This document shows positions 1 to 9,737 of a DNA stretch of 64,000 nt, in pieces. The stretch spans positions 414,078 through 478,077 of the forward strand of contig NW_005434671.1 in NCBI RefSeq assembly GCF_000315625.1, read 5' to 3'. Position numbers and translations under genes: made by a program. The stretch is from Guillardia theta CCMP2712 (taxonomy: Eukaryota; Protista; Cryptophyta). Numbering within the stretch: the first letter of the stretch is position 1; each line of letters opens with the position of its first letter. Below the pieces are notes generated by a model. It was not told the origin of the DNA. It saw nothing but the letters and a program-made list of their open reading frames with translations, and did no database searches.

Positions 1-232
1 TCCGTCCTCCGTCCTCCTCCTCCTCCTCCTCCTCCTCCTCCTCCTCCTCCTCCTCCTCCTCCTCCTCCTCCTCCTCCTCCTCCTCCTCCTCCTCCTCCTC
101 CTCCTCCTCCTCCTCCTCCTCCTCCTCCTCCTCCTCCTCCTCCTCCTCCTCCTCCTCCTCCTCCTCCTCCTCCTCCTCCTCCTCCTCCTCCTCCTCCTCC
201 TCCTCCTCCTCCTCCTCCTCTCCTCCTCCTCC
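1..232. repeat. (TCC)n microsatellite, probably intronic in RPA1
   Basis: About 70 near-perfect TCC units, ending just before an acceptor-like TTGCAG at ~244-249. Confidence 0.95.
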
Positions 233-249
233 TTGATCGAGCTTGCAGG

Positions 250-1836
250 AAACTGCCGACAACATCGCGCAACAGCTGTCGCGCGTGAGCGTCTCGGAGC
301 TGATCAACAAGGTGGAAGTCAAGGACAAGATCGTTGAGCGCTCCTCCTCCTACGCCCGCGAGTACGAGGTCACCATCACCCTCGAGAAGCCTCACATGCT
401 CCCGGCCTCCCTCCAGCGCTCCACCACTGCCCGCGAGGCCCTTCCCCAGACCCTCTCCGGCCGCTTCTGCCTGCAGATGCTGCTGGCCTTCGAGCGAGAA
501 ATCCTCAAGGACGCGAAGACGAGGGGGCTGGAGATTGTGTCGGGCATGTCTGAGACAAGCAAGCGAGGAGGAGAGGAGGAAGAGGGAGAGGGGGAGGAGA
601 AGCAGGGGAGAGAAGACAAGGCGAGAGACGACTCGGAGGAATCTTCAGAGGAGGAGGAGGACGCGGAGAACACCAACGCCAAGGACGAGCAGAAGAAGAG
701 CACGAGCAAGGGATACAGCGATGCAGACAAGGCGGACAGGAAAGCGATGAAATCAAGCAAGCAGTCAAGCAAGCTCACGACGGAGGAGGGCGACGAGGAG
801 GGAGAGGACGACGACGAAGGGGAAGAGAAGGACGAGGGGACGACAGGGAGCATCACGCTGATGACGATGAATGAGCGGGAGAAGAACAAACTGGAGAACA
901 TGAAGAACAAGTACTCCGTCTCCACGCAGCTGCACAGCAGCGGCGACTTCGTCCTGCGCATGAGCGCGCCGGTCGGGAGAAAGCGCGTGATGCTCGTACA
1001 GCTCATCGAGGAGGTGGCGGCCCGCTGCATCATCCAGGAGCTGCCGGGGGTTCACAAGTGCCACGTCATCGGGCCGGCCAAGGACAGCAGCGACAAGCAG
1101 CACAGTATCATGACTGAGGGCGTAAACCTCGACCTCCTCGCCCTCTGGCAGCTCAACCGTCAGAAGTCCATCGGGGGGGCGCTGGACCTGAACCGGCTGC
1201 GGTGCAACGACATCACGCAAGTCCGCAACGTCTACGGGGTAGAGGCAGCGCGCAAGATGCTGCTGGATGAGATCAGCAGCGTCTTCGGGGCCTACGGCAT
1301 CGGAGTTGACCTCCGACACCTCTCCCTCATCTCCGACGCTATGATGTACGCCGGAGAGCACAGGTTGGGTCCCTGCTCTTGCCCCAACTCTCTTCCCCTC
1401 CTATCTCGTCCTCCTTGCTACTTTCCCTCTCCTCCTCCCCTCCCTCCCTCCCTCCCTTACTGCATCTCTGTTCTCCCCTCGTCCTGTTCACCCAGCTCAC
1501 TCTCGCTTCTCCTCAGGCCCCTGAACCGCATCGGCATGAAGTTCTCTGCCTCTCCTCTCCTCAAGATGTCCTTCGAGACTACCTGCACTTTCCTCACCGA
1601 CGCCACCACCATGGCTGACTCGGACGACCTGCAATCTCCTTCAGCTCGCCTGATCCTCGGACGCCCGGTAAGTGTGGGCAAATGAAGAGGAATTGGGGAG
1701 AGAGGAGGAGAAGAAGAGAGAGGGGAAGTGGAAATGGAGGAGGAGGAGGAGGAGGAGGAGGAGGAGGGGGAGTGATGATGGTTTGCAGGTTAAGACAGGC
1801 ACAGGTTACTTCGATGTCCGTCAGAGGATGCATTAA
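250..1836 (+). CDS. RPA1: DNA-directed RNA polymerase I largest subunit, 3' exons (5' part outside window)
   Basis: C-terminal Rpb1_5-type motifs: TEGVN, NDI..V..VYGVEAAR..L..EI..VFGAYGIGVDLRHLSLISDAM, plus the long acidic insertion typical of Pol I A190. Removing GT-AG introns 1364-1516 and 1668-1788 gives HRPLNRIGM..SPLLKMSFET..SPSARLILGRPVKTGTGYFDV, with stop TAA at 1834-1836. Confidence 0.93.
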
Positions 1837-1863
1837 TCAGTTAATGAAAACCACCAACCCGCG

Positions 1864-4800
1864 TCAACTCGCAAAATTCTTCTCCTCCTCAGTGTTGGTT
1901 TTCACTCCTGCCCTTCCTCCATCGCTCTGCTCACCCCCCATCGGTCGGTTCGGGTTGTTCTCGAGCATCCACGTCGCCAGGTACCGCAGCGGGTCCGCCG
2001 GCTTCGCTCTTGCGAGCTCCGTCAGGCCCTTCACCAGGAAGGGCTGCAGCCGCGACTTGATGTACTGATTCGCCTCCTGCGCGCTCGGAATGGCCTTGCG
2101 AGGGGGGCGGCCGCTCATATCCAAGGGGATGCGTCGAGCAAGAACAGCCTCTATCTCCTTGCTGATCTCCTCCCGGGCCCTCTGCCCATTGATCCTCCTG
2201 CCCACACACGAGAAGTAGGAGACAACCGTCGCCTCCACCTCGCGGTAAGTTTGCAGCCTCCTCAGCGTCCCCTCACGGCTGTCGGACGTCTGAGCCCTCA
2301 GTCGATGGACCAGATGGTGGGGAGGAGGATGGAAGGAGGTGTGGTAGATCTTTCCGGTCTGAGAGTCCACTCGCTTGCCCAGAGCGCGTTCGAGCACCAC
2401 GGCGTCCGGCACCTCCAGGAGGAAGAAGAAGTCCGGGTCAAGCTCCATCTCCTTGAGCGCCTGGATCTGCCGGATGGTTCGTGGGAAACCATCGAGGATC
2501 CAACCACGTTGGCGCACGTCCAAGTGACTCATTCTCTCCTTTATGAGGGGTATAATGACGTCGTCCGAGAGCAGCGTGCCAGATGCCAGGCTGCTCCGCG
2601 CCTTCAACCCCACCTGAGTCTCGTTCTCGATGTGGAAGCGCAACAGGTCTCCGGTGCACACGTGGACGAGGCCGAGCTTCTTGGCCAGCTCAGTGGACTG
2701 GACGCTCTTGCCGGAAGCCGGAGGCCCGAAGATGACCACCTTGAGGGAGGGAGGAGCAGCGGAAGGGCCCACGTCCTCGAGGATGTCAGAGATCCTGCTC
2801 GAGAGCGAGTCCTTGTCGACAGTGCCGTCCAGTAGATGCAGCCTACCGCGGTAAAGAAACTTCATGTTTGACACCTCCACCTGGAACTGATGCATTCGAT
2901 TCAGAACAGACCGCGAAGTGTCTTCGGCTCTCTGGAACAGGCGGTCAAGGACCTCCGGGTCCTCAGGCGGAGGGTCATACTTGAGGTGGTACATCTTGCC
3001 TGTGACCGGGTCCTTCCTCCTTCCCACGCATCGCTCTACCAGGATGTCCTCGGGGACGTCGAAGAGGAAGAAGTGACTAGGTTGAATCCCTGCTTCCTCA
3101 AGCATGATCGCCTGCGAGAAAGTCTTGGGAAAGTCGTGCAGCAGCCAACCCTGCTGCATACAGTCCGGCTTCGAAAGCCTCTCCTTGAGGATCCTTACCA
3201 TCAGATCATCAGATACCAGGAGTCCTTGATCCATCCGTTGCTTCGCTGCCAATCCAAGTGCCGTGGAGTTGGAGATCGCGTTGCGAATCTCATCCATCAT
3301 GGAGAGTTCCACAACCCCGAATTTGTCGACAACGCACTCCGCTTGAGATCTCTTGCCAGAACCTGGAGGACCCGCGATGATGATGCGCTTGGGGCCGTCG
3401 ACGCTCGACATCTTACCCTTGAGGTACTTGTCAATCTTAGAACTGATAACTTTCTTCTCCTTCGTCCCGTCGATCTTCACGTGCAGATTCGAGTAGAAAG
3501 GCATGATCGCTCGCACGTTCTCGTGGTACGCCCCGATCCTCTTCTGCATCGCCTCCTCCGTGTCGTCCGCACGATGTACAAGCCGGCCCTGTACTTCCGG
3601 GTCCTCTGGTGGAGGATTGTACTTGAGATGGTAGATCTTCCCCGTCTCCGGGTCCGTCCTCCTCCCGACGCATCGCTCTACCAGGATGTCGTCCGGTACG
3701 TCAAGCAGAATGAAGTGGCTCGGCCTGATCCCTGCCGCCTCAAGCGCTTCTGCCTGTACTCCCGTGCGCGGAAAGCCGTCCAGCAGCCAGCCTCGCTCCT
3801 GACAGTCTGGCTCTGCCAGCCGCTCCTTCACGATGTTGATGATCAGCTCGTCCGGTACAAGCCCGCCGCTCTCCATGAAGCCCTTCGCCTGCTGCCCCAG
3901 CTCTGACCCCTTCGCAACCTCTGCTCGTAGGGCGTCGCCTGTCGAGATGTGCACAACGCCGAACTTCTCCACGATCATCTCGCATTGTGTGCCCTTCCCC
4001 GACGCTGGGGGGCCCGCGATAATGATGCGCTTGGGGGATTTAGATGGACAAGGCTTGCCCTGGAGGTAGTCCTCGATGTTCCCTGCTATCGCCTTCTTCT
4101 CTTGTGTCCCGTCGATCTTCACGTGCAGATTCGAGTAGAAAGGCATGATCGCTCGCACGTTCTCGTGGTACGCCCCGATCCTCTTCTGCATCGCCTCCTC
4201 CGTGTCGTCCGCACGATGTACAAGCCGGCCCTGTACTTCCGGGTCCTCTGGTGGAGGATTGTACTTGAGATGGTAGATCTTCCCCGTCTCCGGGTCCGTC
4301 CTCCTCCCGACGCATCGCTCTACCAGGATGTCGTCCGGTACGTCAAGCAGAATGAAGTGGCTCGGCCTGATCCCTGCCGCCTCAAGCGCTTCTGCCTGTA
4401 CTCCCGTGCGCGGAAAGCCGTCCAGCAGCCAGCCTCGCTCCTGACAGTCTGGCTCTGCCAGCCGCTCCTTCACGATGTTGATGATCAGCTCGTCCGGTAC
4501 AAGCCCGCCGCTCTCCATGAAGCCCTTCGCCTGCTGCCCCAGCTCTGACCCCTTCGCAACCTCTGCTCGTAGGGCGTCGCCTGTCGAGATGTGCACAACG
4601 CCGAACTTCTCCACGATCATCTCGCATTGTGTGCCCTTCCCCGACGCTGGGGGGCCCGCGATAATGATGCGCTTTGGCGAGCCTTTGCCTGACGACCCTC
4701 CTAGAAGATAACTCTCTATGCTCCCTGCTATCGCCTTCTTCTCTTGCGTCCCGTCGATCTTCACGTGCAGATTCGAGTAGAAAGGCATGATCGCTCGCAC

Positions 4801-6618
4801 GTTCTCGTGGTACGCCCCGATCCTCTTCTGCATCGCCTCCTCCGTGTCGTCCGCACGATGTACAAGCCGGCCCTGTACTTCCGGGTCCTCTGGTGGAGGA
4901 TTGTACTTGAGATGGTAGATCTTCCCCGTCTCCGGGTCCGTCCTCCTCCCGACGCATCGCTCTACCAGGATGTCGTCCGGTACGTCAAGCAGAATGAAGT
5001 GGCTCGGCCTGATCCCTGCCGCCTCAAGCGCTTCTGCCTGTACTCCCGTGCGCGGAAAGCCGTCCAGCAGCCAGCCTCGCTCCTGACAGTCTGGCTCTGC
5101 CAGCCGCTCCTTCACGATGTTGATGATCAGCTCGTCCGGTACAAGCCCGCCGCTCTCCATGAAGCCCTTCGCCTGCTGCCCCAGCTCTGACCCCTTCGTA
5201 ACCTCTGCTCGTAGGGCGTCGCCTGTCGAGATGTGCACAACGCCGAACTTCTCCACGATCATCTCGCATTGTGTGCCCTTCCCCGACGCTGGGGGGCCCG
5301 CGATAATGATGCGCTTGGGGGATTTAGATGGACAAGGCTTGCCCTGGAGGTAGTCCTCGATGTTCCCTGCTATCGCCTTCTTCTCTTGTGTCCCGTCGAT
5401 CTTCACGTGCAGATTCGAGTAGAAAGGCATGATCGCTCGCACGTTCTCGTGGTACGCCCCGATCCTCTTCTGCATCGCCTCCTCCGTGTCGTCCGCACGA
5501 TGTACAAGCCGGCCCTGTACTTCCGGGTCCTCTGGTGGAGGATTGTACTTGAGATGGTAGATCTTCCCCGTCTCCGGGTCCGTCCTCCTCCCGACGCATC
5601 GCTCTACCAGGATGTCGTCCGGTACGTCAAGCAGAATGAAGTGGCTCGGCCTGATCCCTGCCGCCTCAAGCGCTTCTGCCTGTACTCCCGTGCGCGGAAA
5701 GCCGTCCAGCAGCCAGCCTCGCTCCTGACAGTCTGGCTCTGCCAGCCGCTCCTTCACGATGTTGATGATCAGCTCGTCCGGTACAAGCCCGCCGCTCTCC
5801 ATGAAGCCCTTCGCCTGCTGCCCCAGCTCTGACCCCTTCGCAACCTCTGCCCGCAGGGCGTCGCCTGTCGAGATGTGCACAACGCCGAACTTCTCCACGA
5901 TCATCTCGCATTGTGTGCCCTTCCCCGACGCTGGGGGGCCCGCGATAATGATGCGCTTTGGCGAGCCTTTGCCTGACGACCCTCCTAGAAGATAACTCTC
6001 TATGCTCCCTGCTATCGCCTTCTTCTCTTGTGTCCCGTCGATCTTCACGTGCAGATTCGAGTAGAAAGGCATGATCGCTCGCACGTTCTCGTGGTACGCC
6101 CCGATCCTCTTCTGCATCGCCTCCTCCGTGTCGTCCGCACGATGTACAAGCCGGCCCTGTACTTCCGGGTCCTCTGGTGGAGGATTGTACTTGAGATGGT
6201 AGATCTTCCCCGTCTCCGGGTCCGTCCTCCTCCCGACGCATCGCTCTACCAGGATGTCGTCCGGTACGTCAAGCAGAATGAAGTGGCTCGGCCTGATCCC
6301 TGCCGCCTCAAGCGCTTCTGCCTGTACTCCCGTGCGCGGAAAGCCGTCCAGCAGCCAGCCTCGCTCCTGACAGTCTGGCTCTGCCAGCCGCTCCTTCACG
6401 ATGTTGATGATCAGCTCGTCCGGTACAAGCCCGCCGCTCTCCATGAAGCCCTTCGCCTGCTGCCCCAGCTCTGACCCCTTCGCAACCTCTGCCCGCAGGG
6501 CGTCGCCTGTCGAGATGTGCACAACGCCGAACTTCTCCACGATCATCTCGCATTGTGTGCCCTTCCCCGACGCTGGGGGACCAGCAATGATTATGTTTAG
6601 TTTATCTTTGGTTGACAT
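1864..6618 (-). CDS. Multi-domain adenylate kinase (7 AK domains) with C-terminal Dpy-30-like dimerisation motif
   Basis: 1584-aa uninterrupted ORF. Five near-identical domains (GPPASGKGTQC, HISTGDALR, GWLLDGFPRT, GRR.DP.TGKIYH, R.DD) and two diverged ones. C-terminal YIKSRLQPFLVKGLTELARAKPADPLRYLATWMLENNP matches Dpy-30. Confidence 0.93.
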   Translation of the reverse strand: MSTKDKLNIIIAGPPASGKGTQCEMIVEKFGVVHISTGDALRAEVAKGSELGQQAKGFMESGGLVPDELIINIVKERLAEPDCQERGWLLDGFPRTGVQAEALEAAGIRPSHFILLDVPDDILVERCVGRRTDPETGKIYHLKYNPPPEDPEVQGRLVHRADDTEEAMQKRIGAYHENVRAIMPFYSNLHVKIDGTQEKKAIAGSIESYLLGGSSGKGSPKRIIIAGPPASGKGTQCEMIVEKFGVVHISTGDALRAEVAKGSELGQQAKGFMESGGLVPDELIINIVKERLAEPDCQERGWLLDGFPRTGVQAEALEAAGIRPSHFILLDVPDDILVERCVGRRTDPETGKIYHLKYNPPPEDPEVQGRLVHRADDTEEAMQKRIGAYHENVRAIMPFYSNLHVKIDGTQEKKAIAGNIEDYLQGKPCPSKSPKRIIIAGPPASGKGTQCEMIVEKFGVVHISTGDALRAEVTKGSELGQQAKGFMESGGLVPDELIINIVKERLAEPDCQERGWLLDGFPRTGVQAEALEAAGIRPSHFILLDVPDDILVERCVGRRTDPETGKIYHLKYNPPPEDPEVQGRLVHRADDTEEAMQKRIGAYHENVRAIMPFYSNLHVKIDGTQEKKAIAGSIESYLLGGSSGKGSPKRIIIAGPPASGKGTQCEMIVEKFGVVHISTGDALRAEVAKGSELGQQAKGFMESGGLVPDELIINIVKERLAEPDCQERGWLLDGFPRTGVQAEALEAAGIRPSHFILLDVPDDILVERCVGRRTDPETGKIYHLKYNPPPEDPEVQGRLVHRADDTEEAMQKRIGAYHENVRAIMPFYSNLHVKIDGTQEKKAIAGNIEDYLQGKPCPSKSPKRIIIAGPPASGKGTQCEMIVEKFGVVHISTGDALRAEVAKGSELGQQAKGFMESGGLVPDELIINIVKERLAEPDCQERGWLLDGFPRTGVQAEALEAAGIRPSHFILLDVPDDILVERCVGRRTDPETGKIYHLKYNPPPEDPEVQGRLVHRADDTEEAMQKRIGAYHENVRAIMPFYSNLHVKIDGTKEKKVISSKIDKYLKGKMSSVDGPKRIIIAGPPGSGKRSQAECVVDKFGVVELSMMDEIRNAISNSTALGLAAKQRMDQGLLVSDDLMVRILKERLSKPDCMQQGWLLHDFPKTFSQAIMLEEAGIQPSHFFLFDVPEDILVERCVGRRKDPVTGKMYHLKYDPPPEDPEVLDRLFQRAEDTSRSVLNRMHQFQVEVSNMKFLYRGRLHLLDGTVDKDSLSSRISDILEDVGPSAAPPSLKVVIFGPPASGKSVQSTELAKKLGLVHVCTGDLLRFHIENETQVGLKARSSLASGTLLSDDVIIPLIKERMSHLDVRQRGWILDGFPRTIRQIQALKEMELDPDFFFLLEVPDAVVLERALGKRVDSQTGKIYHTSFHPPPHHLVHRLRAQTSDSREGTLRRLQTYREVEATVVSYFSCVGRRINGQRAREEISKEIEAVLARRIPLDMSGRPPRKAIPSAQEANQYIKSRLQPFLVKGLTELARAKPADPLRYLATWMLENNPNRPMGGEQSDGGRAGVKTNTEEEKNFAS
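3385..6590. repeat. Coding tandem repeat, 642-bp unit x5, with alternating linkers giving a 1284-bp higher-order period
   Basis: Shadow ORFs recur at exact offsets of 642 bp (3833, 4475, 5117, 5759, 6401) and 1284 bp (3949/5233, 4744/6028). Confidence 0.95.
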
Positions 6619-7327
6619 GCTTTTCTTCTATATCACTTTCTTGTGTGCATATCCTGGAAATGAAAAGTTCCTGGAAACGGAAAGGTGTTAGGTCTTTTCT
6701 TGATTAGAATGTTATCAAGTTTTTTTGATAGCGGAGGAAGTCAGGGCTTCAAAACAACGCATGTTTGAAAATTTTTCCAACTATTTGACTTACTTGTTCA
6801 GGTGCTTTTGATAAAATATTTTACACCAAGGAAGCAATTTCACCACGACACTCTTGCAGTTGCAAAGATTCTTCTCCTTTGATCACCAACTACCCTTGAA
6901 GACTACTTACCACTGGATTGGGGTTTGGAACAAATTGTGCAACAACAAACAAAATGAGATCTTAAGTCAAGACTTTCAAAGAAGATAGACTGTCATACTA
7001 ACACTACATTGCTGAAACATGCCATGTCCTTCTCCTGCTCCTCGCGTGCCTCTTCTCCCTAACGTCTCCCCTCCTCGTTCCTCGTCATCCCGCCATAACC
7101 GTTGGTGCTTGGAATTTTTTTCATCTACCCCTACCCCCTATTTTCCTGAGTCGTCCCTAGGGGAAAGTGGTGGTGGTTCCATTTTGAGCATTATGCGTTT
7201 ATGATTGAAATTTTTTCATATAATTGCAAATATTGAGTAAAACCTAGACCATAATTATGAATTTTATGAGTCTGTTATGATATATTGCAATAGCATTGCG
7301 ACAACCGACATATAACACTGAGTCTTC

Positions 7328-7360
7328 TTTACTCAAAGTTAAGTTAAAAATCAGTACGAG
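7328..7360 (+). repeat. Dispersed motif copy 1 (left flank + core)
   Basis: TTTACTCAAAGTTAAGTTAAAAATCAGTACGAG. Confidence 0.85.
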
Positions 7361-7379
7361 CTGCGAGGTACCAGTTTAA

Positions 7380-7880
7380 TCATTACAGTGACTTAACCCG
7401 GGGTTCGGTGGCGCCGGGCCGTCCGATGAGTCCGATGATCGGATCATAGTACTTCGAGTCTTTCAATCACTAGGTGAGACGGCACTGCACCGTACCGGGG
7501 CCCGGCCCGGTGATTGGATCATCGAGTCGGATGCAAAGGCTAACTGCAATAGGCGGTCCGCCTCGGAGCCGCTGACTGAGTCCGGACGGGTCAGCCCCTC
7601 CGGCGTAACATGGCGAGTTTCACATGATTGATTTTTCACGTTTTGTGCGGCCCTGGCGCGCCGCGGCCGCACTGGCCACCGAGCGCCGGACTCTCCGGGA
7701 GCGCGGCTTGCCCCCTTCCCCCCCCCCGGCCCGGGCCCCGGCCCCCCGGCCCCCCCGCGGCCCGGCCTCCGAGGCTCCCGGGCCCCACGTGACGGCCCCC
7801 CGGTCCGGCGACAGGCGGCCGGGCCGGGCCCGCCGGCTACTAGGACTCGGTGACTCGGGATACGTACCAGTTCAATCTAA
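7380..7880. other. GC/CCGG-rich non-coding island 1
   Basis: Dense CCGG/GGCC/GACTCGG/GATC words, no credible ORF, bracketed by motif copies 1 and 2. Confidence 0.7.
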
Positions 7881-7881
7881 A

Positions 7882-7913
7882 TTAAGTTAAAAAATCAGTG
7901 AGGACAATCAGGA
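7882..7913 (+). repeat. Dispersed motif copy 2 (core + right flank)
   Basis: TTAAGTTAAAAAATCAGTGAGGACAATCAGGA. Confidence 0.8.
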
Positions 7914-8301
7914 GAGTAGAAAAGACAGCGATACTATGATAATCAAACCTAATCCTGCCGACTGCTGTCCCCTAACTTAGTAATAACGTACCCGTTTAAT
8001 AATACACGATTGAGAGTTTTTGTGCAGCAAGGAGTCGAAATGGGAGGAGGGAGGAGCTGAAGAGAGGCATGGCGCGTGCTGGTGGAAGGATCAAGGGACG
8101 AGGATATCAACTCGCAGGAGGTCATGGGAGAGTGATAGAGGTTCCTATACGAAAAAGGGGCAAGGCAAAACTTCATAACGAGGACGGAGTGAGAGCAAGC
8201 ATGTAGACAGAAGGGGACGTGAGCGAGTACAGCGATCATTCGTTAACTCGTATCGACCAAGTGCTGATCATGTTCCGCAGAGGGTCGAGAGCCTGCGCTG
8301 G

Positions 8302-9465
8302 ATGTTTCAAGACTTTCCCTTCTGCAAGAAGGGGAGGCTCGTCCTGCATGACGGCAAGCGCATCGAGGAGAAGGATCTGATCGGAGCTGGGGAGTTTCTG
8401 AGGAAGAAGTCCGAGTTTCGCAGCAAGGAGGTGGAGCCCAAGAACTTTTCGAGGTATGTCATCTTCGCATCCCAAGGCTGTCCATGGGCACACCGATGCT
8501 GGATCACTCTCAGCCTGATGGACTTCCCTCTCAAGCACTACTTCACCCACTCTTTCAAGATCGCCCTCCCATTGTTCGGTCCTGTGTTGGAGATCCCGTT
8601 CCCGGCCATCAGCACGGAGGGATGGCGAGTCTGCGACCTTCCAGCACATGTCCTGGAAGGAGTAGGGCAAGAGGGGGAGGGAGGAAAGTCGAGCAAGTAC
8701 CTGCGTGGCATCTGGGCTCCTCAGAACGACGGGGTTTGGCTAGGGAGGTTCTACCAGGTGTCGGAACCAAAGGTGACGGCTAGGGTTGTGGTTCCGATCT
8801 TGTGGGACTTGAAGGACAAGAAGATCGTCAACAACGACAGTGCGGACATCGTTCAGGTCCTCGACAGAAACTTCTGTCCCTCTGAGAGGACGAGAGCTGT
8901 CGAGCTGTGCCCCAGCAGCAAGTCCAAAGAGATCGAGGAGCTCATCGCTGAGATCTATGTGATCAACAACGGAGTCTACCGCTGCGGCTTCGCTGGCACC
9001 GAGGAACACAAACAAGCTGCTCGCGCGGAGGTCTACGATGCGCTGGAGACGCTCGAGGCTCGCTTGGCCTCGAGCCCACACAAGTACCTGCTGGGAGATG
9101 AGCTGACGCAGCCTGACATTCACCTCTTCACCACCATGATCCGCTTTGACACTGCCTACTGCATGGCATTCCGGGTAGGCCGAAAGAGCCTCAACGACTT
9201 TGTGCACATGAGGCGATACATCCGATCCATCTACGACCAGCCCAAGGTGAGGCGGACGTGCTTGCCCCTGATCTCCTACAGCTTGTTCTACTTCCAAGTG
9301 TGTCAATGGAGGGGCAAGGTGGTTGGAAACCTCCTCCGCCTGTCCCTTGCCTTCCTCCTCCAGCTCACTGGTGCCAACAAGCCAGATTGCTCCATGGCAA
9401 GCCGCGTCCTATATAAGTTGTTGTCCTTGCCAGCATGGACAGCAATCGATTTGTTCCATATCTGA
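8302..9465 (+). CDS. Glutathionyl-hydroquinone reductase / Xi-class GST (ECM4/YqjG-like)
   Basis: CPWAHR active site, VPILWD.K.KKIVNNDSADI, NNGVYRCGFA, YLLGDELT..DI.LFTT.IRFD. Confidence 0.9.
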   Translation: MFQDFPFCKKGRLVLHDGKRIEEKDLIGAGEFLRKKSEFRSKEVEPKNFSRYVIFASQGCPWAHRCWITLSLMDFPLKHYFTHSFKIALPLFGPVLEIPFPAISTEGWRVCDLPAHVLEGVGQEGEGGKSSKYLRGIWAPQNDGVWLGRFYQVSEPKVTARVVVPILWDLKDKKIVNNDSADIVQVLDRNFCPSERTRAVELCPSSKSKEIEELIAEIYVINNGVYRCGFAGTEEHKQAARAEVYDALETLEARLASSPHKYLLGDELTQPDIHLFTTMIRFDTAYCMAFRVGRKSLNDFVHMRRYIRSIYDQPKVRRTCLPLISYSLFYFQVCQWRGKVVGNLLRLSLAFLLQLTGANKPDCSMASRVLYKLLSLPAWTAIDLFHI

Positions 9466-9737
9466 GATCTAGACAAAATTTGTTGGGAGAAATTTTACTG
9501 TTGGTATATGTTAGCAGACATGTTACTGGGCATGAATGAGTCATGAAGCAAACCGTTGCTGCGCTGCACTGGTTACAGGCACTGTTATGCCTTTGAACCT
9601 CCCAATCAAGTTTATCAATCATCTTTATGCTTCTCCTCGTAGTCCTTTGCTCTTCTCAGTACCTCATCGAGCCTGGACCGCAAAGCTTCTTGCTTTCTGT
9701 GAAGGTTTTCTATTCTCGCAATCCTGTGAAACATTCT

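Noticed and set aside
1364-1516. Pro/Ser/Leu-rich insertion in the RPA1 ORF
   Set aside because: A 153-nt stop-free GT-AG intron; removing it restores the conserved motif.
2251-6691. Many + strand and alternate-frame ORFs over the AK gene
   Set aside because: Shadow ORFs of a GC-rich repeated CDS.
7463-7890. ORFs in the GC islands (also 21448-22158, 24318-24782, 56021-56399)
   Set aside because: Low-complexity Arg/Pro/Ala/Gly frames expected from stop-poor GC-rich DNA.
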